From: Glaucostegus cemiculus
Lineage: Eukaryota
Direction of reading: 5' to 3'
Length of the DNA stretch: 64,000 bases
Assembly (NCBI GenBank): GCA_976551045.1
Contig: CDPCPM010000213.1
Location: 868,001-932,000 of the forward strand
The position numbers and the translations under genes were made by a program. Below the pieces are notes generated by a model. That model was given only the letters and a program-made list of their open reading frames with translations, was not told the origin of the DNA and did no database searches. This document shows, piece by piece, positions 53,997-64,000 of this stretch. Numbering within the stretch: the stretch's first letter is position 1; each line of letters opens with the position of its first letter.

Positions 53997-55239
53997 ATAA
54001 ACCTGATTCTGGGAAAGCTCTTGCAAGTTAGATGCCACTCTCCAGATATTTGTGAGGATGACTTTGGAAGGTCAGCTGTACTCAGGCCGAACTTGATGCT
54101 AGGCGGTCCCCTCAGTTTTATTTTCTCTGTTTCAACGTAGTGGCCATGGCACAGCTGAATGGCTTGGTAGACCACTTTAAAGGGAAGTTAAGAGTTAACC
54201 ATTTTGTTTGGTTAATCTTGGGTCACATCTAATTGGTAATTGTTTTATTATTGTCACGTGTACTAAGATCCAGTGAAAGGCTTTTGTTTATGTGCCATTC
54301 GGATGGATCATTCCATTACTTAAGTACGTAGAGGTAGTACCAAAGGGAAAAAACAATGCAAAATACCATGTTACAGTTACAGAGAAAGTGCAGGTAGACG
54401 GGAAAAGGACCATGATGAGGTAGATTGAAAGATCAAGAGTTTATCTTTAGTGTGTGAGAGGTTTGTCAAGAGTCAAAGAACAGCAATAGAAACTGTCTTT
54501 GAGCCTGGTGGTACATGTTCTTGAGCTTTTGTATCCTCTCCCAGGTTTTGGGGGAGGGGGGAATGCAAGTTCTCCATGATTATGTTGGCTGCAGGAAGAG
54601 CAAATTTCTTTCCCTGGGTAGCATGATAAATCAATTGAGATTTTACGACAATCCAATGTTTTGTTTTGTGGTCAGCATTACTAATGACTAGTTTATACTT
54701 GTTTATTTTTAAATCTCAGATTATTGATTGAATTTAAATTGCACAGCTCCCGTGGTGGAATTTGAACTCTGGTCTCTGAAGTGTTGGTCTAGCCTCCAGA
54801 TTACTTGTGCAATAATTTAATCATTGCTATGTTTAGAGCTACAGATACTTACCAAGCATGTGCAGATAGCACCTCCCAAACCCTCAACCTTTACCAACAA
54901 GAACAAGGGTAGCAGGTGTATGCGAACGCCAGTATCTACAGGTTCTCCTCCAAGTCCTAAGTGGTCCTGACTTAGAAAAATAATGTCATTCCTTCATCGT
55001 CACTAGGTTTGAATCCTGGAATTCCCTTCCTTCCCAATAACACTGTAAGAGTACTTACTAGAACTGGTGCAGCAATTCAGGAAGGTGGCTCATCACATAT
55101 TCCTTTTAAGACCAGTTCAGAATATGCAATAAATACTGGCCTTGCCAGCAATGGTCCCATGTCATAAATGAGTGACATAAAGTGCTGTGTGAAATCTCAC
55201 TATATTTTTAAGATTTTGTTCTCTGTTTTACATTTCCAG

Positions 55240-55303
55240 GCCAGGAGAATGAGCTGGTTGCCCTAATACCATACAGTGACCAGAGACTGCAGCCACAACG
55301 AAC
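55240..55303 (+). CDS. TMEM106A: TMEM106 exon [22 protein letters not shown]
   Basis: 64 nt; TTTCCAG acceptor, AC|GTCAGT donor; matches TMEM106[23 protein letters not shown]. Confidence 0.93.
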
Positions 55304-55405
55304 GTCAGTATCAGTGTTTTACTGTTGCAAAAATGCTATTTTATCAATAGAGAAGGAAAGAAAAAGAAAATCACTTCCAATTCTGTGTTTTGATTTACTT
55401 TTCAG

Positions 55406-55565
55406 GAAGCTGTATGTGGCAGTTGCTGTGGTGATCAGCCTTTTGATCAGTGGGCTTGCGATCTTCTTCCTTTTCCCACGTTCCATTGATGTTGAACATG
55501 TTGGTATTAAGTCAGCTTATGTCATTGATGACAAGAAGGACTACAGAGTTATTCTTAAAATTACG
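55406..55565 (+). CDS. TMEM106A: TMEM106 exon: transmembrane helix and start of the luminal domain
   Basis: [39 protein letters not shown]...ILKIT; 160 nt with AG/GT. Confidence 0.94.
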
Positions 55566-55715
55566 GTAGGGTTGTTGTATATTAAATCCTGTGTAATGAT
55601 CAGTTGATAACAAAAGGACTGGATCATGTGTAATATGGCTTCTACCATCAATAGTGTTTAATCGTCCATTTTCTGGAGACTGGATACACATTGAAAGGAA
55701 AAACAGGAAAGCAGC

Positions 55716-56645
55716 ATAGAACCGTAGAACAACACAGCACAATACAGGCCCTTCGGCCCACCATGTTGTGCCGCCCTTAAAACCACACCTGACACTACCT
55801 AACCCCTTCCTCCCACATATCCCTCTGTCTTAAATTCCTCCATATGCTTATGTAACAATCTCTTGAACTTGTCCAATGAATCAGCCTCCACCACCACCCC
55901 AGGCAGCGCATTCCATGCAGCAACCACTGAGTGTAAAAAATCTCCCTCTGACATCTCATAGAAACATAGAAAAACTGCAGCACAATTCAGGCCCTTTGGT
56001 CCACAAAGCTGTGCCGAACATGTCCCTACCCTAGAAATGACTAGGCTTTACCCATAGCCCTTTATTTTACATAGCTCCGTGTACATATATAACAGTCTCT
56101 TGAAAGACCCTATCGTATCCGCCTCCACCACCGTTCCTGGCAGCCCATACCATGCACTCACCACTCTCTGAGTAAAAAAACTTACCCCTGACATCTCCTC
56201 TATATCTACTCCCCTGCACCTTAAACCTACATCCTCTCATGGCCACCATTTCAGCCCTGGGGAAAAGCCTCTGACTGCCTACCTGCTCAATACCTCTCAT
56301 CATCTTATATACCTCCTATCAGGTCCCCCCCCATCATCCTCCTCCTCCTCCAAGGAGAAAAGGCCGAGTTCCCTCAACCTGCTTTCATAAGGCATGCTCT
56401 GCATTCCAGGCAGCATCCTTGTAAACCACCTCTGCACCCTCTCTATGGCTTCCACATCTTTCCTGTAGTGAGGTGACCAGAACTGAGCACAATACTCCAA
56501 GTGGAGTCTGACCAGGGACCTATATCTCCCTTGAACTTCCCACCCAATACCTTAAAGCCATGCCTTCTTATTCTGAGCATCGGTGCCCTGGGAAAGAGGC
56601 GCTGGCTGTCCACTCTAAATCTATTCCTCTCAATATCTTGCATAC
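55716..56645 (-). mobile_element. Two nested CR1 3' fragments (inner copy about 55957-56520)
   Basis: Two CATAGAA tails (55716, 55957); outer copy breaks at GACATCT and resumes at ATCTCCCTTGAAC. Confidence 0.85.
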
Positions 56646-56957
56646 TTCATGTGGACATTGTAATCTGAAAATTGGATTGGATGCTCATTTCTGCTTTTCC
56701 TGGTTGTAATAATGTTTTGGACAGTGTCCATTAAGCCTTCAGGAGGTTTGTAAGTGCCATACAAAACTAGCCAAAACTTGACACTAGTTGGTACCAGGTT
56801 TCTACTTCATTCAATGGAACTATCATGAAGGCTACTGTGAAAAATGGAAAAGTGCTCTCTGGTTGAAGAGGGAAGGAATTGTGAGATTAAGGTTGATGCT
56901 TTTCATTATTATTTTAGCCTCTTCATTGCCACATTTTTTTTGCTTTCTCTTTTGCAG

Positions 56958-57098
56958 AATATATTAAATGTAACAAACTACAACTTCTACAGCATCAGTA
57001 TTACTGATCTCAATGTACAGATTGTGTTTTTTAATGAGGTCCTTGGAACTGTCAACATCAAAAATACCACAGTCTTCAGGCCTCTGGGAGGTGGCCAG
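56958..57098 (+). CDS. TMEM106A: TMEM106 luminal exon NILNVTNYNFYSISITDLNVQIV...PLGGGQ; later exons not found in the window
   Basis: 141 nt; TTTGCAG acceptor, CAG|GTAATG donor; matches the family NxLNITNxNYY...GPL pattern. Confidence 0.93.
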
Positions 57099-58400
57099 GT
57101 AATGAACATTGCCTCTGGTGTTAGTGGTGAATTGACTTGCTATTTTAACTGCAGTGTTAAATGGTGCTTTAAACAGGTTACACCTGTATTATAGTAGCAC
57201 ATAGGAATATCCCACGAACATGTAAAGATAGTATCCTTTAGTGTATCACAAAATGGCATATCTGACCTAATTATTTGCTTGTGTTAACCCTTGTTTTGTA
57301 CCTTGCCAGGGAAGATGTGGAAATTTTTTTGTAACTAAATATTGGTGTAGGGTAATCTTTGTACTTCAGATATAAGGCTGCATAGTGGACTTTGAGCACA
57401 GTGAATGCAAACCAGCAGGTGGATCTTTGTGTGGAACAAAATGCAGACATCTGGTTGAAGTAAGGTGGTAGATGCTGGTAAGGAAGATTCATGCCTGAGC
57501 CAATGAAGATGTAGATTATTATTCCTACAGTGGTGGAAGTAGATACAGATTGAGGCAAGTGATGCTGTTTGGAGCTGGAGGTAGGAAGTTGTGACAGTGT
57601 TGGACTGCACCTTGAATGTGAAGCTTTGCTCAAGGTCAGAAGAACCATTGCACAATAGTGGGTTGAATCCGAATAGACAGCTGGAAGAAATGATTGTCTT
57701 GTAAATGCTTAGATTTTCAACAATAAATATTCACCATTCATCCATAATTTTATAGGATTAGTTTCCTTTTTATTTATAAAATGTAGATCATGCAAGATCT
57801 GGGAAAAGAATGTAGTTAACTGCTGAGTTTCTGTTTCATAATAAGTGGACACTAAACCTTGTAATACAGTAAAACAATGAATATCCAGCATGCTCAGGAT
57901 TTTGGTGCTAGACTAACACATTTTTCAGACTACTGGATTCCTATTAGTACTCCATGACACTTTTAATTGACTTTAAAAGATGTACGGGTAGGTTAATTTG
58001 GGGGTTTAAAATGGGCAGCGTGGACTCGTTGGGCCAAAAGGGCCTGTTACCACGCTGTAAATAAAATTAAAAATTAAAAAAAAATATTTAGATGTTACAG
58101 AGTATTACAATAAATTTTCCAGAGAACCTTAAGTTTAAAGGAGCAGAGAAAATGGGTCCTAGTCAGCTTAAAGGGAGCATGGGAACCAGAGCCCCAGTGA
58201 GCTGAATGCAGGTGTGGGTACTGTGGCCCCTGGGAGTTGGAAGGGAGCAGGAAAGCATGACCTGAATGCCAAACCACTGGAACTTGCGAATAGTCAGGTA
58301 GCAGATTATTGGAGTTTTAATGTATTCATTTGGGCTAATCACTAGGGCAGTAAATGAGTGCAAATTAAATCTCAGACTCAAATGTTTTTCCCCAGCTTCA

Positions 58401-58715
58401 GTGAGACAGGTTAGTTTTACCCTGTTGGTGGTGTTATTGCAATAATTATCCTGCTCAGTACAAGAGGAACCATAAGTTCAGACGTTGGGTTTATGTGCAA
58501 AGCTACCGTCTGTGGGACTGTATCTGAACAGCTTAGTCAGAATCCCACTTAAATGTAATGATACCCTAGTGCTGAGCATTACTGCAGCTGCTGGCATGAA
58601 GCGCCCCTCATTACTGGCCTGGAGTGTGGATGGACTGGCATCACCTCTGACCTTTTTACTACACATTATGTTCGTGAGGAACCTGATGCTAAAATATTCA
58701 CAGACAACCTGATTC
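58401..58715 (+). pseudogene. Degenerate 28S (LSU) rRNA 3'-region fragment including the sarcin-ricin loop
   Basis: GTGAGACAGGTTAGTTTTACCCT; ATCCTGCTCAGTACaAGAGGAACC; AAGCTACCgTCTGTGGGA; AGTCAGAATCCC; ATGTTCGTGaGGAACCTG...AGACaACCTGATTC, collinear with vertebrate 28S. Confidence 0.88.
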
Positions 58716-59429
58716 AATATATTGAGATACCAGAGTGTCCATTTATATTTCTGTTCATCCAATATGTTGGAACCAAGCTAGGGCTTATGGCAGGTTTCAA
58801 TTAAGTCTTTTTATTCATTTTATTAAGGAGTGCATTTAAACGTTCCTATGAAATCCAGAAAACATTACACAGGACTAGAACTACAAATCTGCAACTTTTC
58901 CTGAAAATATTCTTTAGAAAATGCAATGAGTTGAGCAAAATTACACACAAATTGTGGGTAAATTGGTTTAATTTATGATCAACAGGGATAGTGATGTCAC
59001 AGCAGGTAACCCTCAATTATTGTGAAACTTTGTGCCCAAAAGTCATGCCAAACATTTAATTTTAATGTATGTATATTTAGTCGAGCAGGAAATTGCACTG
59101 CAGCATGGGATCCTGACTGCCATTTTTAGCACCCAGGGATAGTTTTGCAAATCGGACTGGCCCTTTCACTCTGACAGCACCTTCTTCTATCTGTGGTTAT
59201 ATTCTGTATTGATAGCAACTGCTGACAGTTCTTCTAGATTCAACTGCCAACAAAGTAAACAATTCGAATTTTCTTCCAGCATCAGGGAAGGGCTTTTTCA
59301 AAATGCAAATATAAATAGAAATTTTGTTTGTAAAACTTCCTATTCTCGGAATAAAGACACTGACCAGTGGATCTCTCAGCTGTTAGAAGGTGAAGGTGCT
59401 ATCATGAATTCTAAGTCTTTCATATACAT

Positions 59430-60040
59430 AGAACACAGAACAATACAGCACAGGAATAGGCCTTTCAGCCCAGCATGTCTGTACTGACCATGATGACAAT
59501 CTAACTAATTAAATGATTTTTAAACTTTACCGTCATATCTGCTTCTACCACCTCCTTTGGCAGTACATTCTAGGCACCTACCACTCTGTGTAAAAAAAAA
59601 ACTTGCCTCGCATCTCTCCTTTAAACTTTCCCTCTCTCATTTGACACTTGTGCTCTCTAGTATTTGTCATTCCTCCTTGGGAAAAGGTTCTGATTACCTA
59701 TTCTATCCATGTCTCATAATGTTATATATTCGATCAGGTTACCCCTCAGACTCCAGTGCTCCAAAGAAAACAATCCAAGTTTGTCCATCCTCTCCTCAAA
59801 ACTAAAACAGTCCAATTCAGGCAACGCCCTGGTGAACCTCTTCTGCACTCTCTCCAAAGCCTCCACATCCTTCCTACAGTGTGGTGACCAGAACTGCACA
59901 CAATACTCCAAATGTGGCCAAACCAAAGTTTTATACAGCTGTAACATGACTTGCCAACTTTTATAATCAGTGCCCTGATCAGTAAAGGTATGCATGCTAT
60001 ACACTGCCTTTAACACCCCATTTGCCACTTTCGGGGAACC
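59430..60040 (-). mobile_element. CR1 3' fragment
   Basis: Minus-strand ORF LYKTLVWPHLEYCVQFWSPHCRKD...; AGAACACAGAAC tail. Confidence 0.88.
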
Positions 60041-60052
60041 AGGTTTGTTGAT

Positions 60053-60848
60053 ATTTATTTATTTATTTATTTTTCAACCTTTTTTTATTGATAACAAATC
60101 ATTACAGGTTAAGATATATAACAACAATGTTTACACATGTATTATAGAAATATCAAGTAAATCATAGGTAATCATAAAAAAAAGCAATAAAGTATGATAT
60201 ATATAAAAGAAATAGTTCCAACAATCTCTCGATTCATAAGTGTAACGTAAAAGATAGAAAAGAAAAAGATTTGTTATATAATTAGAAAAAAAAACAAAAA
60301 GACCCCAAATCAATTTTAAAAAATCATAATAATATAGAGTAAATTAAACCGAAAATGAATTTAAAAAAAAAAGAAAAAAAAACAAAACAAGGAAAAAAAA
60401 AACTGGGCTAAAATTTTCAATAGAAATAGAACAATATAATGTCGTCAGCTCCGTTTCTCTAAATTTTAAAAAAAGTTATAGAAGGGGAAACCACATCATA
60501 TGAAAGTATTGAATAAATGGACTCCAAATATCTTCAAATTTAAGCGAAGAATCAACAGTACCACTCCTAATTTTTTCCAAATTAAGACATGATATAGTTT
60601 GAGAGAACCATTGAAAAGTGGTAGGGGGTGTTGGATCCTTCCATTTAAGCAGAATGGCTCGTTTGGCCATCAATGTAACAAAAGCAATCATACGATTAGC
60701 AGAAGCAGGTAAATGGCCAGACTTTATCCATGGTAATCCAAAAATTGCAGTACTAGGGTGAGGTTGTAAATCGATCTTCAATACATCTGAAATAATATTA
60801 AAAATGTATTTCCAATATTTTTCCAAATAAGGAAAAGACCAGAACATG
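60053..60848 (-). mobile_element. 5'-truncated L1/Tx1-type LINE: ORF2 C-terminus, 3' UTR and A-rich tail
   Basis: MFWSFPYLEKYW...AIFG...AKRAILLKWK...W...LEKIR...KFEDIWSPF is a typical fish-type L1 ORF2 end; AATAAA and (AAAT)n on the minus strand at 60053-60090. Confidence 0.88.
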
Positions 60849-62729
60849 GTGCTTAAAGGTAAAAACTTATCTGAGAAAGGTAGAAGTGCCCCACCTGGAA
60901 AGAGCAAAGTTAAAAAGTTTGATGGATCTAAAAATGTTGCATCAGGTAAAGCTGGGAAAGACAATTCAAAGTTCAAATCTCAAAAGTTTGAGAAGGCAGC
61001 AAAGTATAATGCCAACACATTGGCAAATGCAACTGGAAAAGCGAAAAAAATTAAGAGAGAACAGCAAACTGGAAGAAAGAGGAAGCAATTGGATGAAAAT
61101 GAAGAGGGAACCGTTGGAAAGAAACCTAAATGGAATGATTTCAAACAACAAAAGGAAGAACTAAAAGTGAACAGACAACAGGACAAGAAAACTAATTATG
61201 ATTTAATAATTCGACCAAAGCAGATCTGGGAAAGTGTAAGAAGAAAAGACTGCAATAAAGAGAAGAAAACAGAACTTATGAAAGAATTGCAGAATCTAGT
61301 CCATGGAAATATTAAAAATATTGCATTTGCTCATGATTCTGCCCGAGTAATCCAGTGTTATATTCAGTTTGGTGATGAAGAACAAAGGCAAGAGGTGTTT
61401 GAGGAATTGAAAGAGCATTTGGTTGACTTGAGTAAATCCAAGTAGGGAAGGCATATCGTGAAAAAAATTCTAATGTATGGAAATAAGCAACAAGTAGCTG
61501 AAGTAATTAAAAGTTTCAAAGGTGAAGTGAAAAGGTTACTGCGGCATTCAGAGGCATCAGTGATTGTGGAATATGCATATAATGACAAAGCAATATTAGA
61601 ACAGAGGAATATGTTAACTGAAGAGCTATATGGAAATGCATTCATGATTTGCAAGTCATCTTTTTGTCCAACATTGGATAAAGTTCTGGAATCTAATCCT
61701 GACAAGCGAGAAGGAATAATGGAAGAAATGAAAAAGATCCTCAACCTATGGCACAAAAAGAGGCAGTAATAAAGCACACACTGGTACATAAAGCATTTTT
61801 GGACTTCTTCACATACTGCCCTGATAAAATGAGAATGGAAATGATTGAATCGATAAGAGAAGCAGTCATCTACATGGCACATACGCATGATGGGAGCAGA
61901 GTAGCCATGCAATGTTTATGGCATGGAGCGCCCAAAGATAGAAAAGTTATTGTGAAAACAATGAAGACCTACATTGAGAAGATTGCTACTGGTGAATTTT
62001 CACATTTGGTTCTCACAGCAGCACTTGACTGCATAGATGACACAAAACTTGTCAAACAGATAATACTGTCGGAGATCATCAGTTCCTTGCCAAATTTAAT
62101 CAACAATAAATATGGCAAGAAGGTATTGCTTTATCTACTTAGCCCAAGGGACCCTGCGCATAGCGTGCCGGAAATTATTAAGCTTCTACAACAAGGTGAT
62201 GGCAATGCTCACAGTAAGAAAGTTACAAACATTCATCATCGTGAATTGCTAGAAGCCATCTCGCCACATTTGCTGAAGTATTTGCAGGAAAATGCACGTG
62301 AAATGGTGATGAATAAAGCAACAAGTGTCATTGTGGTAGATATTCTTGGCTGTGCCATTGGTGATGTGCAGCCGGCCATGAATGCTATAGCTAATATTGC
62401 TGCAGAATCTTTTGAACCTGGAGGCAAAAATGGTGAGCCCCACATAGCAGAACATCCAGCAGGCCACCTCATCCTTAAATGGTTAATAGAGCAAGATGTA
62501 AAGATGAAAGAACTTGGAAAGACAGAATGCTTTGCAAGAACATTAGTGGAGTGTGTAGGCATCAAGAATCTGCAGACCTGGGCACAAGTAAACCGTGGAG
62601 CTTTGTACTTTGCAGTCTTCTTCAAAGTAACAATGAGGATGTAGCCCAGGAAGTGAAAAAAGGTTTAAGAAGTCTCATTCCAAGTTCAAGAAGATGAAAA
62701 ATGTGAAAGGCGTGGAAATATAGTTAGAA
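60846..62729 (+). pseudogene. PUM3: Intronless (processed) PUM3/Puf-A pseudogene spanning essentially the whole CDS
   Basis: MVLKGK...KKPKWNDFKQQK...IAFAHDSARVIQCYIQ...MAQKEAVIKH...HIAEHPAGHL...KGVEI*LE is collinear with human PUM3 without introns; stops at 61443 and 62721; frameshifts near 61745, 62603 and 62684. Confidence 0.95.
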
Positions 62730-64000
62730 GGTTGGTTCATGAGAGTTTAAACTAGTTGGCGAGGGGGATGGGAACCAGGAGGGCAGGTCAGAGGATGTAG
62801 AGGTTACAGAAAAGGCAGATCTAACAGACAGAGTGGCTCTGAGGAAGGAGAAGCAGAGTACAGGCCATAATAGTAAAAAGGTGGATAAACTAATCAGGCA
62901 AGACGAAGGAAACCAGCTTAGATTAAAGGAGGAGGTATGCGGGAACAAGTCGATGTGTAGTGAAGGTGGTAAGAAGGACAGGCAGGTGGAAGGTAAGGAT
63001 AATTTAGAGATCAATAGAAGTTCATCAATATCTGTAGTTGATGCTGTTCTAAAAGTACTGTATTTTACTGTAATGCACGTAGCATTAGGAATAAGGTCGA
63101 TGACCTAGTGGCACAGCTACAAGCTAAAAAATATGATATCGTGGCAATCACCGAATCATGGCTTACTGACGGATGTGATTGGGAACTGAACATCCAAGGG
63201 TATACGGTGTATGGGAAGGATAGGAGGGTAGGCAGAGGGGGTGGTGTAGCCCTGATGGTCAGTAGTAATATAAAATCGATAGAAAGGAAGGACATAGGGG
63301 TGGAAGAAGTGGAATCCTTATGGGTGGAGCTAAGAAATAGCAAGGGTAAAAGGACGCTAATTGCAGTTATATATAGACCCCCTAACAGCAGCCGGGAGGA
63401 GGACTATAAGATACAGTTAGAAATAGAAAAGGCGTGTCAAAAGGACAATGTGAAGATAATTATGGGGGACTTAAACCTGAAGGTAGATTGGGAAAATCAG
63501 CGAGGAGGTGGATCGCAGGAAACTGAGTTTGTAGAATGTCTACAGGATGGCCTTTTGGAGCAACTTGTAGATGAACCCACCAGGGGATCAGCCATTTTGG
63601 ATTGGGTACTGTGCAATGAACCAGAGCTGATTAGGGAGCTAAAAGTAATGGAACCATTAGGAACCAGTGATCACAATATGATTGAGTTTGGAGTCAAATT
63701 TGAAAAGGAGAGGCTCATAACTGGTGCACATATATGGCAATGGAACAAGGGAAACTACAGCAGTATGAGAGAGGAACTGTCTTAAATCGATTGGAAGAGT
63801 AAGCTAGCAGGTGGGACGGTGGAGCAGAAATGGATAGAGTTTTTACAAGAAATAAGGAAGGTGCAGGATGGGTATGTTCCAAGAAAAAAGAAAGTTCTGA
63901 ATGGAAAAAAGGCACATATGTGGGTAACGAGAGGTTAAGGCTAAGATAAGAGCAAAAGGGAGGGCCTACAAGGTAGCAAAAATAAGTGGGGAAACTGAGG
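62730..64000 (+). mobile_element. CR1 LINE from the ORF1 end (RLVHESLN*) through the ORF2 APE endonuclease; runs off the window
   Basis: GAGAGTTTAAACTAG...GGGGGATGGGAACC ORF1/ORF2 junction; LKVLYF-NARSIRNK (5-nt insertion at about 63067), DIVAITESWL, RGGGVAL, YRPPNS, MGDLN, SDHNMI. Confidence 0.9.

Noticed and set aside
60476-60976. 166-aa minus-strand ORF as a functional fusion protein
   Set aside because: The first ~43 codons are antisense PUM3 and the rest is L1 ORF2 C-terminus; no promoter or selection evidence
60846-62729. PUM3 as the functional gene
   Set aside because: Intronless, two in-frame stops, three frameshifts and no UTRs
1-64000. CRISPR arrays or prokaryotic operons
   Set aside because: Spliced vertebrate genes and eukaryotic retroelements throughout; no regularly spaced repeat-spacer pattern

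Overview
Vertebrate genomic DNA. The repeat content (CR1, Rex1/Babar, V-SINE-like, Penelope-derived palindromes) suggests a cartilaginous fish, probably a ray or sawfish; this is inference. The + strand carries the last 12 coding exons of NBR1 (FW domain, LIR, amphipathic helix, UBA; stop at 20518) and a long, repeat-poor putative 3' UTR. Next come a CpG-island promoter at about 28.2-28.6 kb and the first four coding exons of a TMEM106 gene. That gene sits at the TMEM106A syntenic position but is TMEM106B-like in sequence, and it continues beyond the window. Introns are full of LINE, SINE, MITE and Tc1 relics. The most unusual region is the last TMEM106 intron. It holds a degenerate 28S rRNA 3' fragment and an intronless PUM3 (Puf-A) pseudogene with no UTRs. 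The pseudogene is joined head-to-head to an L1 3' end through a shared CATG, the unit is bounded by a candidate 12-bp target-site duplication (TSD), and it is followed directly by the ORF1 tail and ORF2 of a CR1. This layout fits twin-primed chimeric retrotransposition. Several palindromic repeats carry hammerhead-ribozyme core motifs. All comparisons with human and repeat sequences are from recall, not from alignment.
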